A DNA stretch of 63,583 nt, the filler included, from Perkinsus chesapeaki ATCC PRA-425 (lineage: Eukaryota; Protista; Perkinsozoa): the NCBI GenBank assembly GCA_013115145.1. It is 8 parts of 8 records of this genome, joined end to end, with 100 filler letters (N's around TTAATTAATTAA, not from the genome) between each part and the next. Parts side by side here need not be neighbours in the genome. Positions count along the whole stretch, not along the records: positions 15,535 to 26,888 come from JAAPAO010000847.1; positions 26,989 to 36,488 come from JAAPAO010000934.1; positions 36,589 to 40,132 come from JAAPAO010001392.1; 5 more parts are not named here. One strand, 5' to 3'. The translations under genes were made by a program, and so were the position numbers. Shown piece by piece: positions 23,635-37,402 of the stretch. Position 1 is the first letter of the stretch; each line of letters starts with the position of its first letter. Below the pieces are notes generated by a model. It made no database searches, was not told where the DNA came from, and was given only the letters and a program-made list of their open reading frames with translations.

Positions 23635-26600
23635 CAGAGCTCTGCAAATGTCGGGTTCGGGACCCGACCACAGAACCCGAACACTAGGAGTTGAAACCCG
23701 AGCCCGCATCGAGTCGGGTTGTCGGGTACCGGGCGGGTCCCGACAACCCGAATCTTCTCTTCACTAGCCAGGAAATTATCGTCTTTTGTTTAGCCACCAA
23801 TTTCTTCGGGCCTGATTTCAACCAGGCCCGAAAAGTGGAATTGCGATCGTATCGGAAGCACGCACTGTGCAGCACTGGTAGATCGGATCATCTACAGTAT
23901 ATAGCGTTTATAGACCTATTATTGAAACAAATATTTTTGCAATTAGAGTCTAATTATTAGACTATGACTTCTGACGTGCATAACCATCTCTATTATCATG
24001 ATTCCTGTTGTCCCTGTGTCTCATGCCCAATCCCGTGCTCAGCATTCGTCAAAAGCTCTTAAAGTGGGTGAAAGAGCACTCCTGGTTGGAAACGAGCGAG
24101 GACGCAGATGGTTCGATCCTTTACCGATGCTCTCTTTGTTGTTTGAATCCCACTTCGGGAGTGGTCGGAGTGGAGGTCAGCGGATGGGTTACAAAAATCC
24201 ACTGTCGTAAGCCATGGCAAGGATGGTAATCATGCCGAGTCTGTCAAACTCGCGGCGGCCAGAGAGGTCAATAATAGTTTTTGGAAGGGCCAAGTATCCA
24301 GAATGGAAGCAGAGAAAGATAAAAGGTTGATGGGCTACTCTCCCTTAGTGCAGAACGCTATTTGGCTTGCCCGAGAAGAAATAAGCATAGTCAAATTTGA
24401 GTCCCTTGCCGAGCACTGCAAGTTGCTCGGGAGTTCTTTATCAACCGAGTTTCATGCGACTCGCTACAGCTCATGGGAGTTCATAGAAAGTATCGATATA
24501 GTTCTTATGAGAAAGAATGCCGACACCATACGGAATGCTGTGATGCATGGAATTATACTTGATACTGTCATAGACTCGGCCCACCGGGCCCAACGTATGT
24601 CACTTCCGGGCTGTAGCAGGGCCCGGAAGTAACCGGAAGTGACCACCAGTTCCCACTAACAGGGCTGCCCAAGCTTCTGCTCACGTTCTACTCGGGAAAG
24701 GAGGCTTAATTATATAGACTGCAAACCGAACTAAAGCTCGGCCGGCCTCGGCCAGACCTGTAGAATATCCCAGGGCAACACGGATACTATAGCGGGCCGA
24801 AGGCCCGCGTTTTTCTTCGTCTAAACCACCTTTTTTGGTATGACATACGTTGGGCCCGAAAGTGACATACGTTGGGCCCGTACAGCTAAGTGGTCTCACC
24901 GTCGTTGTTCAGGTTGGCAGTGCTTGCACGTTGCATAGACAGTGAAGGCGTTTGCCAAGTCATTTTATGGGATTTGATCACCATAGGTGACGGCAAGGGG
25001 GCGACGATTGCCGAGGCAATCAGAAATCTTCATATCCGCGATAACATCGATGTCTCCCGTTGTTACTCCTGGACGTCAGATGGGGCTTCTGCTATGGTTC
25101 TCGCCGCCCAGCTGGCCAAGAAGGAGCCAGAAGGCGGGTGGATAGCCTGCCACTGTATGGCTCACCGGCTAGACTTAGCCGTCAGTTGCGATACCTGGAA
25201 AAAATCTAATATATGTCAGCGCATCGAGAGGAGTCTCCGAATTGTATACAATATATTTAATAGATCTGGGCAGCGCCGCAAGGAATTGAAAAGGCTAGAA
25301 GGGGAGTTTGGCCGCCTGGTTATACCAGCAGCTCTCCAAGATGTGAGGTGAGAAAGGGTGTTCCCACGGTGGTATAAGGTATGCCCTCATGGCCTCAGGT
25401 GGCTCTCAAAGTTACAGTGTTTGGATATTTTCTACTCCTCGAAAGACGCCATAGCTGCTTTCATTTCTAGTCAGAAGCAGCAGTTTCGAGACAACACTGA
25501 CTATGATTTTCTACTAGAAACTATTGATGAACACTCGGAAGATGTGTTAATGCTCCTTCGTTTGCTCCGACCTTGTGGTCTCCTAACTAAACGTCTCCAG
25601 GAGCGCTCACTGGACTTATGGGGAGCGCAAGGTTTGCTTGAATCTACAACGATTCAACTGAAGAACATCCAGAACCTCTCGGCCGATCTCTCATCTCTTC
25701 GTGATGCGCTTGTTGACCATTTGATGGAGCGCTTTCCTATTAATGAGGCTTCGTGGATGTCTCTCTTGGATATGAGTCATGAATATCCTGACGGCGTCGT
25801 AAAAGCAAAGTTTAATCAGATCTTGGGAAAACTGAAGCTTGAAGATCCAGAACTGAAGGCTGTAGACTTTGCCAGAGATTACCAACTTGTCCGGAATGAA
25901 TATTTCAGACTGAAGGCTGCTGGCGCTGTAATTCCAGATATACACAATATCAAGCCTCCGGGTCTGTCTGTTTCTTGGGCTTTCTATGACAACATATGTC
26001 GAGTGGTATCACCTACATCTGCCGATGCGGAACGAGTTTTTAGTGCTCTTTCCCGGCATAGGTCTCGTTTCAGACGCCGACTCCACATCCATCTGCCAGC
26101 TTTAGTGAGGATAAGCATGTCGAAGACTATCGGTGCTAGCAGTCAACCGAGTGACGAAGCTTTCATACGAGAGGTGCTCCGAACTTGGGATGGATCCAAA
26201 CAGCGTCGGCGTCGCGCTAAGCGACTGGGACCGGTGCCCAAGAAACCTCGTAGGGAAATCCGTTCGGAGCCTCCGATCGGCAGTACGACAGACTCGGACC
26301 CCTCTGAAGATGATATGGTCATACAGCAAGCTGATGCTCGTGAATCACGAGTCGTGATAAGCCCGTATTACGCGCGCAAAGACGTGCGAAGTACGTGGCC
26401 TTGCGTAATATGCAAGTATATTTCGCTGCGGATGCGGGCTCAGGGTCAGGGTCCGAGTGAGTTTCAGTTTTCCAGGTTGTCCAAGGTTGTAAGATATTGC
26501 GCCGTCAATTCAATTATAGCAGATCGAATATATAGATAATATGGTTTATAAACCTCAGATCATCTGAGGTTGGTAACTATGGGTCAGCCTGAAACCCGTC

Positions 26601-26809
26601 AACCTCTAAGTCAGATGTAGATACACACCATCAACCCGCGAACATTATTCTCTGTCATAAGTTATGAGCCATAACATATACCAGCCACGATAACTCTTAA
26701 AAAATAGCCAAAAAATAGCGAATTTTTTTTCGGCAAACCAGACACGAATTATTTTTTTTTCAAATCGCCGAAGCAAAAAAAATTTTTTTTGGCCTTATAG
26801 GAAACCCTG
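23635..26809 (+). mobile_element. hAT DNA transposon, probably inactive; transposase 24008-26539
   Basis: TTF-type Zn finger (W..EHSWL...RCSLC...H...H), LDTVID, WTSDGASAM, CHCMAHRLDL, DVR/WLS, PTSADAERVFS. ACCCGA/TCGGGT subterminal repeats at left; right end GAAACCCTG. TIRs match poorly and no 8-bp TSD was found. Frameshift near 24150. Confidence 0.85.
24585..24880. mobile_element. ~296-bp MITE inserted in the hAT transposase
   Basis: Perfect 19-bp inverted repeat CGGGCCCAACGTATGTCAC / GTGACATACGTTGGGCCCG, second internal copy at 24842-24858. Splits the ORF just after the first catalytic Asp motif. Confidence 0.9.
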
Positions 26810-27059
26810 AAGCCAGTTACGAGTATCCGTTTCGATGGGCTGATTTTCGGCTCCGTGCTCTCACGAGAGCGGCGAGAGTCGACGCAGANNNNNNNNNNNN
26901 NNNNNNNNNNNNNNNNNNNNNNNNNNNNNNNNTTAATTAATTAANNNNNNNNNNNNNNNNNNNNNNNNNNNNNNNNNNNNNNNNNNNNTGATCCAGTGCT
27001 ACCGTTTTCATCCTCAGACTCGATCTACATCACATTTAGATCGGCGCTGGACAATTTTT

Positions 27060-28401
27060 TTTACCAAACTGTATATACTATATATTATTATTACTACCTT
27101 GTATTATAATAACATTCCCACCTTTCATATTGTAAACATCCATTATAATTACAATTACTATATACCCCCAATACCTAATACTCAATAAATTACTATTTAC
27201 TATTAATACTACTACTTGTAATGTTATTGGTAATATATTATTATATAATATAAATGTGGTTATTTGATTGTTACTATCTAACAATGGTGAATTTGGTGTT
27301 GTACTACTACTAGTAGTATCATCATCAATAGTTGTTGTTCTAATAATATCCTCATTATAACTATCATCTGGTGTATAACATATTGTATATAATCCACCAT
27401 GCATGAATCTATTCGACTTCGGACTATGGACGTATTAATATATAAATCCTATTACCTTATATCAGTTGTGATAATATTACTACCATCATCACTTAATACA
27501 TTTAATGATGTTGTTAATGTATTATAAATATCATCATCTAATGATGAACTATCTCTAAATAACTAACATATAACATATAATAAATATTAATAATATATTA
27601 TTACTTGAATACCGTATGGTGATATTAATGTACTATTATAATATATAGGTATAGTAATACCACCATCTATAGTACTACTTAACCCCCTCCATATATGCAT
27701 TGGTATTACTATACTCTACAACATCATTATAACGACGACTTAATAATATAATAATATTACATCATCATTGCATTGTTTTCTTGATGTTGTTGATAATGGT
27801 ACTACTCTTATACGGGGTTGTGGATGATTAAATGTATCATAAGTATTACCTATAACCATATTAATAATATATATATATATTAACAATACTAATTATAACC
27901 ATCAGATTTTATTTTAATATTATTAATTGATTCTCCAGCATATATTATTATTGGTTTATCAAGTTTATCATTATTAGTATCACCTACTGCTGCTTGTCTA
28001 ATATCAGTATTTGATGTTAACTAATAATATCTTATTAAATCTATATTATCAATATCATCTTTACCGTTAATATTGTATCATCTGGGAATATCCAATCCTT
28101 TAATGTTGTTATAACCTCATTTGATAACCTTCTCTTCATTTCATCATCACCTTTTAATATACTTATTATAATACATACTATATAATAAGTAATAAACATC
28201 ATCAACACTTAATAATTTATTAAGCAAGTAAAGATAATCATCAAATCGGATAAGTATACTTAATAATGGCGAGCGATATTTTTTATGCGTTGTTATTATC
28301 AGTGGCCTAAGGGAAAAAGCGGCCAACAACAACAAGAGAAGGGAACTTTTAACAGTTGTAAAGCATGGATTATATAATTGGCTCTTGCTGCTGACCCCCA
28401 T
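27060..28401 (-). CDS. Multi-exon hypothetical protein (AT-rich compartment)
   Basis: Exon-like open segments (MKRRLSNEVITTLKDWIFPDD, FNHPQPRIRVVPL, GGLYTICYTPD) separated by GT-AG microsatellite introns. Ends uncertain. Confidence 0.5.
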
Positions 28402-28859
28402 CAGCTTCTTAAACTCGCATCATCCCGTATGGAATTGAGTGTATTTGTGGACACAACGGCGCTAATTACGAGGGAAGCAGCCAGAATTATTAATATACAT
28501 CTAATACCACCCTTTCATCAATACCATAGGTCTTAGTCTACAATCAACAACTCACTCGGTAAACCAACTTGATCAATTTACGCCTGCAGTGTGCCTCTTT
28601 TACGAAGCCTTCTTTAACTTGGGTTTAAATAAATCTTGTTGGGGTCCTTTATATGACTCTTGAAACTGGATCAAGCAAAGTGTGTTCACCGAGTCACCAT
28701 TAAAGTGCTTAAGGGGCTGTGGGTGATGTTTATTCCAGTTATTGTTGTCGTATATGCCAGATTCATTAATCCTTAGACCTCATTCGCCCTCGCCTTCATT
28801 ACGATATAATGGTAATAATTAAGTAATATATTTAATATATTATTAATAAAGATAAAATA

Positions 28860-30934
28860 ATGACCAGAAAAGAGTTTTTAATAGAACAAGAGGAGAGACG
28901 TGAACACATGAGTATGGTTAAATTAATGATGTTAACTAGTTTCAATTATCCTTATGGAGCTATATGTGGCAGTATGGGTAGTAATATATAGTCATATATC
29001 ATCAATATATAATAATATTATTAGGATTATTTGTATTACCAGCAGAATCATTACGTTTATGGCCTCAATCACAAGGCCCTATGCTTGGTATTATGTTAGG
29101 TATTAATAATAATATATATTATTATTATATATATTATTATTAGGTGTTGTCGGAATATCTCAATTAATATGCCCAATAGCTGGTAGATATTCAGATGAAT
29201 GTAGTTCATCATTTGGTAGAAGAAGGCCACTTATAATAATATGTACTATAACTGGTATAATAGGAGTATTATTAATGTGGGCTGCGAGTGCTCTTAAACT
29301 TGGGTAATAATATAGATCATTATAATAATAATATTGTTATTAGTACCCTCTATATTATCCTATTATTCATGTCTATGCTATCACTTAATACTATATTTGC
29401 TGCACAATGTGGTTTAGTACCAGATTTAGTAGAAGCATCACAACAAGTAATAATAATAACAATTAGTATAATAGTAATTATTATTATTTACAGGGATCAG
29501 CATCTGGTATAGTAGCAGTACATCAATTGACTGGTAGTATAACTGGCTTCCTGGTTGTATTAGTTACTAGAGGTAGGAATAATAACAATGTAATATTAAT
29601 ATATTATTCATCATCAGTACATGATTATCATCTTATATATGGTATATATGCTATATTAGTATTAATAACAACATTAATAAGTTGTAATGTTGCTAAAGAG
29701 TCTCCCTTACCAAAGTATCTATCAAGGTAGTTATATCCAGCATACTATTTGTTAATATTAACAAGGCTAACATTTATTAGGCCTCTTACACTATCAACAT
29801 TAGCTTCCTCTTTTACATTGGATTGTTCACAAGGTTACGATTTCCTATGGGTTTTTATCGGACGTGATAATAATAGTTATATTATTATTATTAATATTAA
29901 CAATAGGTACATTCTATTATATCGGTGTATCTGTACAGGCTTTCATACTTTATTTTTTACGAGATCAAATAAGTAATATTAAATAATCATAATATATAAA
30001 TATATGTTGTTATAGAAACAAGTGATGGTACAGAACCATCAGAAAGTTTATTACAAGTATGGATTGCTGAGATTGCTATTACAGCACAAGTTGTAGCTGC
30101 TAGTGTGGCATATCCTATGGGCAAGTTATCTGATAAAGTTGGGAGGAAGAAATTAGTATATATAGCATGTAATAAGAGCATGCATATATATTAAAATATA
30201 TTATTAGTACATACTAGGTATTGTTATGGCATCAGTTTATCTACTTTTTATGACTGCACCATTCAGACCACCAAAATCATGTAATAAGATTTAGTCATAT
30301 TAACTTATAATATATCTTTAGTAATATCACCTGTAACGGTTATATTAGCAAGTTGTATAATATATGGTATCGGTTGTGGATGCTTTTTAAGTGTTGATTA
30401 TGCTATAGCATTGGATACATTACCAAGTAAACATAGATTAAATAATAATAATAACATAACAACAACAACAACACTTGATGAGAAACAACCTTTATTAAAA
30501 AATGATGATATTACTACTACATCATCATCAGTTGTTAAAGACGATGATGATGCTGCTGCTAAGGTAGAGAGAAGATCGATTTATTATTATTAAATATCAT
30601 TATTAGGATTTGGGTATATGGGGTGTATCAGCATTTTTAGGCTCAGCTATTGGACCACTTTTATGGGGTAATAATAATGCTAATTACAAATAGTTGTTAT
30701 TTATTAATATTTAGGCGCTACATTACAGTTATTTGGTTACAAACCGACCACAACTACTTCAACAATACTACCAGAGGAGGAAGAGTCGTATACATTTGCG
30801 GGTAGTAATAGTAGTATTATACTTTATATATATATATATTCGCTATATTAGGATATGCATCAATAATGATTGGTGGTTGTATTGCCTGTATATTAGCAGG
30901 TATATCTATTGCCTTTGTTAGAGGTACTCATTAA
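28860..30934 (+). CDS. Major facilitator superfamily transporter
   Basis: GRYSDECSSSFGRRRP and GKLSDKVGRKK (motif A in both halves), many hydrophobic exons, GIGCGCFLSVDYA. Confidence 0.9.
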
Positions 30935-31027
30935 ATTGTTACTATGTGTGTGTTAACTACTACCAGTATTCATAATATTATATATGTTGTGTTAATAAGT
31001 AACAATTATAATAGAGGAAACATAAAC

Positions 31028-33614
31028 TTAATTAATATCACGATTATGACTACCAACTTGAATAGTTGTTGAATATATCTTCTCTTTTCTTTGCATACTT
31101 CTTGCGGTATCAAGTTGTATAACTCTACCATTAGAATGTACTTCAGCCCATCCAGACGTTCTTTGATTATCCATATAATAATTACTACCATCAATAATAT
31201 CATCGCTACTAGTACCTATTGCTCTTGTATTATTAATATCTTTTGGTGAACTAATATGATAATCAATACTACTAGTAATACTGTTACTTCTATTGTATTT
31301 CCATGGTGAAGACCTATAAATAATAATTATATACATATATTATTAATGGATTATAGTTTATTATTATTACTTTCTTTTATAATAACCTTCTAATACTTCA
31401 CTTCTACATGATTCTAATATAACACCAAAATGTGATGCTATATTATTATCAGTTATACCACAATCATTAAGTGCAGTATGAAAGTTTTGACATACACAAT
31501 CGAAATGATAATCAGATAATGGTAAAAATCTATGAGCTTGACTAACTGATGAGGATGATGATGATGCAGCAGCAGCAGCAGTAGTCGTCGTTGGTTGTTC
31601 ATTTAAAGTAGAATAGCAACTTATTTTATTTACTAAATAATTAATTAATGATGGTATTATACGAGCAACTACACATATAGTAGTCTCCTCTGCTCTTGAC
31701 ATCACGTTATTATTATCACCACTTAATAATGATATCCTGGCTGCGGCTGCTGCTGCTGTTGATCTAATATTTGGTGATGTTGATTCACTTGTAGCATGTC
31801 TTATATAATACGCTCTAACACGAATATCACCAGCAATAATCTCAACTGTTCGATTAACAAGTCTAGTTATACCATCAACTCCACCTAACATATTTAATAA
31901 TGATATAGTAGTACGATGAGCACCACTAATAACTAATTCATTATTATCATTATAGCTTGATGATGTATTATTAGATTGTATCATCATTTGGGAATCAGTG
32001 GTTAGAGGCGTGAGGCATAAATATAATATTGGTGTAGTACAGGAGGAAGATGCTGCTCTTCCTCTGCTGATGCTGCTGCAGCAACTTGATGATCCTGATG
32101 ATGATGATGATGGTGTTGCAGTTGATGATGATGATGATGATAAAGTGTGTGAGTTAAAACAACTAAATGAAGAATAATAATAACAATTTCATATATTTAT
32201 CATTACTTACCATGTGTATGATCCTTTCACATCATCAACTGTATATTTTGATGTATTATCAATGTCATTATTATGTTCATATTCTGTACTACATGGTGGT
32301 GATAGTTTAGGTTTGATAATTAATGTTGGTGTTGATGTATTAATTATTGATCTAATAGCATTAGCTATATCTTTATTATTAGGTAAACCATCACCATAGC
32401 TAATAGCTATATCTTGGGATACCATTGCAAAGTTTTCTAATAATGCCGAAAGATGGTATTGAGTAGTTGGTAAAACTGATGAGAATGCATTAGTTATCAG
32501 CTTAACTCCATTCCTTAATGTATGTGATGATGATGATGATGATGGTGGTGGGGGTAATAATAAATAAGTCTAAATTATAATATAACAGATATAAGATTAA
32601 TACTTATTAAATTGATCACTACTTACAAGATGATTGTTGCTGTTATCAGGTAATGGTGTGGCAAGTAAACTATGTGCTATTAACTGCAACCATGCCTTTT
32701 TAACACATTCAGGCGGTGGAGTAGTATAAAGGTTATCAATACCTATCATAATACATTATTAATGCACCAATATAATAATACAACCATTATACCTTCATCA
32801 TGGTTAATTGTATAAGCTAAGAGCCTCAGACGAAGTCTTGGATCATTAATACCTATTAATAATAGTATATATTATTAATAATAGTATATATTATTAATAA
32901 TAGTATATATTATTAATAATAGTATATATTATTAATAATAGTATATANNNNNNNNNNNNNNNNNNNNNNNNNNNNNNNNNNNNNNNNNNNNNNNNNNNNN
33001 NNNNNNNNNNNNNNNNNNNNNNNNNNNNNNNNNNNNNNNNNNNNATATTAATAATAATAGTGTATATTATTAATAATAGTATATATTATTAATAATAGTG
33101 TACAAATGGTATATTACTCCTTTTCCACAGTCTATCAACTAAATCTCCTAATGCAGCAATACCACCATATGAACGTAATAGAGATGATGATGGAATACTA
33201 GTATAGTGGCATTGTTGTTGTTGTAGCATCTAGCAATAATAATAGTTAATATTATAATAATGTTACATCGTGTGGTGGTTGTGGAGTAGTTATGTTAGTA
33301 ACATATTCATGTCCTTCATGTTTATGTAATGATGATGTTATTATTGTATCATCTATTATCCCATCAAATTCAGCCATTATCACCTAATTCAATATATGAT
33401 CTATTATTAGTATTATTAACATTACACTATCATCATTTATACATCGTTCATTAGGTATAACAAGATTCTCCTTATTATTATAATTAGGTAACATCCTTAT
33501 GATACTACTCTTTCTAGGCCTATTAGCTGATATACCAACACCACCTTCAAATGGTATTATTGATGATGATGAGTCAATATATGATCCATTATTAGTGTAT
33601 TGTTGATTGCCCAT
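31028..33614 (-). CDS. Multi-exon protein with C-terminal 2/2 (truncated) globin-like domain
   Basis: SLLNMLGGVDGITRLV...GDIRVRAYY ... AHRFLPLSDYHFDCV...ALNDCGI...ILESCRSEVL. The frame is open upstream of 31987 and splices in phase to the 32207-32425 exon. Probable start MGNQQY at 33614. Confidence 0.7.
32855..33100. repeat. 19-bp tandem repeat (TTATTAATAATAGTATATA) spanning a scaffold gap
   Basis: Direct reading on both sides of N 32948-33044. Confidence 0.95.
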
Positions 33615-34034
33615 TGGAATAAACAACTTACCGAAATACCTTAGCAATCCCCTCAAAACGGCCCAAACGAAAATGTGCGTCGTGAAAAGCGCCCGCCCAA
33701 TATCGGCGCACATAATACATATTTCCAATGAACTGTTTGAACGATGTTTCACCTGAAAGACGTTCCCTACCGCACTAGAACTACTCTCCTAGACTAACGG
33801 TTTTGGCTTAGCCTGTATAATCGCTAATTCTTACGCTTTTTGGTGTACTAGTCGGTATTCAGCCTTATTATCGCCGGCAGCGGCGGCGGCGGCCCTGACG
33901 GCCCGTTTTTTACAGCAACTCATCTCTCATTTATCCACTCGGATGCGCCGCTCCCCCTTCTCCAGGTTTTATCCTTTTAGCTTTCATTATTTCTTGCATT
34001 TCTTCCATTGTTTTGAAAAGCCCAACCATAATAA

Positions 34035-34820
34035 ATGTTAAATATTATCACGGTTATCTGTCTGGTTAAATGTACTTTAGGGAGTTTTTTATGGAAGAAG
34101 GTATTCAATAATAATAAAGAATGTAGTGTTGCCAAACGTAATAGTCTTATTGATTTTGAAAGTAAGTATTATATTTTATATGATAGGTGGTATACGTATT
34201 TAATGATAATTCTTTCTGGGATATTGGTGATTATGATCCAAAGATGAAGTTTACAGTAACAGCATTAAGTAAATTAGAAACGGCTAAGATGATATGCTAT
34301 TCACATAGTTTTATGGTAGAGAAGGTAGGAAGGGGTGAAGGTTTGATTCTACACTATTGTGATACATGATAATTTTACGGATGATAATGAGTAAATGTTG
34401 TTGTTGTTGTTGTGATGTATGTTGATACTTATGTTAAATAATAATTAATACTTTACTATCACCTACTTGTAATATTGTTGATAATAAGTGATGTAAGTGT
34501 TGCTTAATATTTACCATTGTTTTCATCTTTACAAGGACACTGCTCCTCCTCCATTTCGACCATGACACCCTCGATAATATCCTACGCTAACCTATGTACT
34601 AGGTTTTAAAATATATAGACAAGTACAGATTAGTATAATGCAACAACACTTATAGATAGCAAGTATGCAAGATGCCTACTAGGGGACAATGTGGAGTAAA
34701 GTGAGTAGCAACAACGTGTGGGGCATAGAATATCATATTTAAAGGAATTAATAATAATCTGTAACGATGTTATTGAACATCCTAATATAAAGAGGATTTA
34801 TCATCTTCTCGACTAATATA
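34035..34820 (+). CDS. Multi-exon hypothetical protein
   Basis: Open segments flanked by GTAAG/GTAGG donors, e.g. FWDIGDYDPKMKFTVTALSKLETAKMICYSH. No family recognised. Confidence 0.4.
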
Positions 34821-34910
34821 ACATAAAAAGGGTATGTTATAGAAACATTAAAAAATAACATACAATAATGATCCTCATGAAGGTGGTGGTGGTTATTATT
34901 GTTATTGTTG

Positions 34911-36320
34911 TTATATACCTTTATTATAAACTACATTATTTGATGCAGCATTATGTCCCCATAATGCTAAAGCCTTCTTTTGTGCCTATTATCAGCCTAC
35001 TTACATCAGGTTAACTTTATATATTACATCATCCTCTAATTCATCAAATCTCATAATACCATCTTGAGGGAACATTGCAATTGCTGCTGGTAATGCAAAT
35101 GCAAAACATAATATTGATAATATAGCTAAATGATAATATACATAATAATAAAGTGGTATATATGATGAATATTACACATTCCTATTATATTAGCTCTTGT
35201 ACCTGGTAAACCAGCTGTTGGCCAGAATCGGACTAATAATCCACGATGTAATAATGGTGGTAATAATAATACTGGTATTGGTAATATAATACTAAATAAT
35301 AATAACACGCATATTACCGCCATACAGACATGTTACCGAGTTATAACAGTATCTTTAACAGCCCTTTTAGCTGCTTCTTTTGATTGAATAACATTGCTAT
35401 TATTATTATTATCATATACACTTCCTTTTACGGGTTTAACAGCTATACCAGTTGATAATTCATGCCATCTCATTAATAATACTAATATATCAATAATATC
35501 ATTAATAAATATTATTTACTATTGCTACCAGATGCTATATTTCCACCCATTACAGCTGGGAATGGTATAAGTGTCCTTAAGAATGCATTAGCATTAGGTG
35601 TAACCATACCACTAAGTACTTTATTAAGTATAAGACCTATTATAATAAAAGAGGAGGAGTTACCTCATAAGTCATTACCTAAACCCATACTAGTTGATAC
35701 TGCTCCAATATATCCCATAATAAAGCGTTTATTGGATTGTTTTATTATATTAGGATCATTACAATTAACTTCAGCACTTGCATTACGATTAGCATAATTA
35801 AATAATGCATTATGACTTTGGTTAATAAATTGCCATACTGCAGTACCTATTATTAATATATTATAAGATATTGCTATCACTATTATTAATACCTAATGTT
35901 GGATTATTCCTAAACCCAGCTAATGTAAGCATACCTATTACTGGTATTGAACCAAATGATACAAAACCAGCCATACGTAAAGGTAATAGTATAGTCTATA
36001 TAATAATGCTATATAATAATACTATTTATTACTACCTTATTAGTATCTGGATGTACTGATGCTTGTACTATCTTTTTGGCTAATATCCTATCTTTACCAG
36101 TTATAACATTAGACTGACCACCATTCATAATATTACGTGCTTCATCTAATGTCTAAGTATAATATATAACCCTCCTCCTTCTCCTCGTATACCCCCTTAC
36201 CATTCCAAAGAATGTACCAGGTGCCATAGTCCTTGGATCAGTAAGTGATAGGAAATGTTTATATCGATCAACATATGCCCCTAATGCCCCAGCACCACCC
36301 CTTTTATCAATAAGACTCAT
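34911..36320 (-). CDS. SFXN: Sideroflexin (mitochondrial carrier)
   Basis: RYKHFLSLTDPR, LRMAGF, WQFINQSHNALFNYANRNAS, MRWHELSTGI, FALPAAIAMFPQ, C-terminal YNKGI*. Confidence 0.95.
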
Positions 36321-36599
36321 GCCGCCTGCTAATATGTGATAAGAGGGAATACGGTAGAGATGATGAGTTTTAATATAGCGCTCGCCATCCTAATCGATTA
36401 TGTTCGAAGTGAGCATGTGTTCTTGTTGCTCTGTGTGAGAACTCAAGTCTTCGTAAGATGTAAGGTGTAAGGTAGGCTTAGTTGATACNNNNNNNNNNNN
36501 NNNNNNNNNNNNNNNNNNNNNNNNNNNNNNNNTTAATTAATTAANNNNNNNNNNNNNNNNNNNNNNNNNNNNNNNNNNNNNNNNNNNNTAAAGGTGAGA

Positions 36600-37402
36600 T
36601 ATCCGAAGGAAAATTTTATTCGCATTTGATCCCATGTCAGCCCCACTTACGGCCAGCCGTGGGAAGGGTAGCTAGTTAGAATATTGTGGTTGTTGCACCA
36701 AGCTTTCATTCAGGGCAACTCCATTGGATATGCTGGCTACAATTTACAAGGCCAGTAAACCGAGTAGAGACTTGGCCGCGAGATTAAAAGGACTTCTTGC
36801 TAAGTCGGTCTTGAAACTAAAATTTGTTTTAGTCGCGAGATTCGCTTGCACTCAGGTTGAAAGACGAGAAGATTTCTAGCGCTTATAGGATGAGTCTTTT
36901 TCGTATCTGTTCCAGTAGAGGGCTAATGTCGACCTGCAATTCTTCAACGTGCCCCTTCTTCACGCGGATCGAGAATAGCTGGCTTGACTATGGAACTTGG
37001 TTATGTCGCGAAGGCTTTGGAATATCAAAAGAAGATGTCTGTATTATGAATTCAATTTTGCTCACTATTTTTAAGATACTCAAAGGAGTCGAAGAACACA
37101 GGAAATACGTTGGAGACTTCCGCAATACAACTCATATACTATCGATTAATGGTGATGCTGATCCATGGTATCCATCATCTATCTTTAAAGAAGGAGAAGG
37201 GCCTGAAGTGCAAATGGTAAGAGCAGGCGAAATAAACGATGTTGTATTGAATCCAGGTGACGGATGCATCACATTGCTACTGGTGCAAGGGGGAGGACGA
37301 GTACGGTTTCTGTCATCCTAAGTGTGCATTGGGATTCTCTTGTGCGCGATCAGGACCGTCTTGAAGAGGATACGCAACGTCATCCAGAAGTGGCTTAAAT
37401 AA
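36600..37402 (+). CDS. C-terminal part of a serine peptidase S28 (PRCP/TSSP family)
   Basis: TCNSSTCPF, ILSINGDADPW, ASHCYWC (catalytic His), IRNVIQKWLK*. Confidence 0.8.

Noticed and set aside
34187-34369. TSR3 call from WDIGDYDPK
   Set aside because: Only the WD.G..DPK pattern matches; the following Cys/Gly-K-L motif and the rest of TSR3 are absent.
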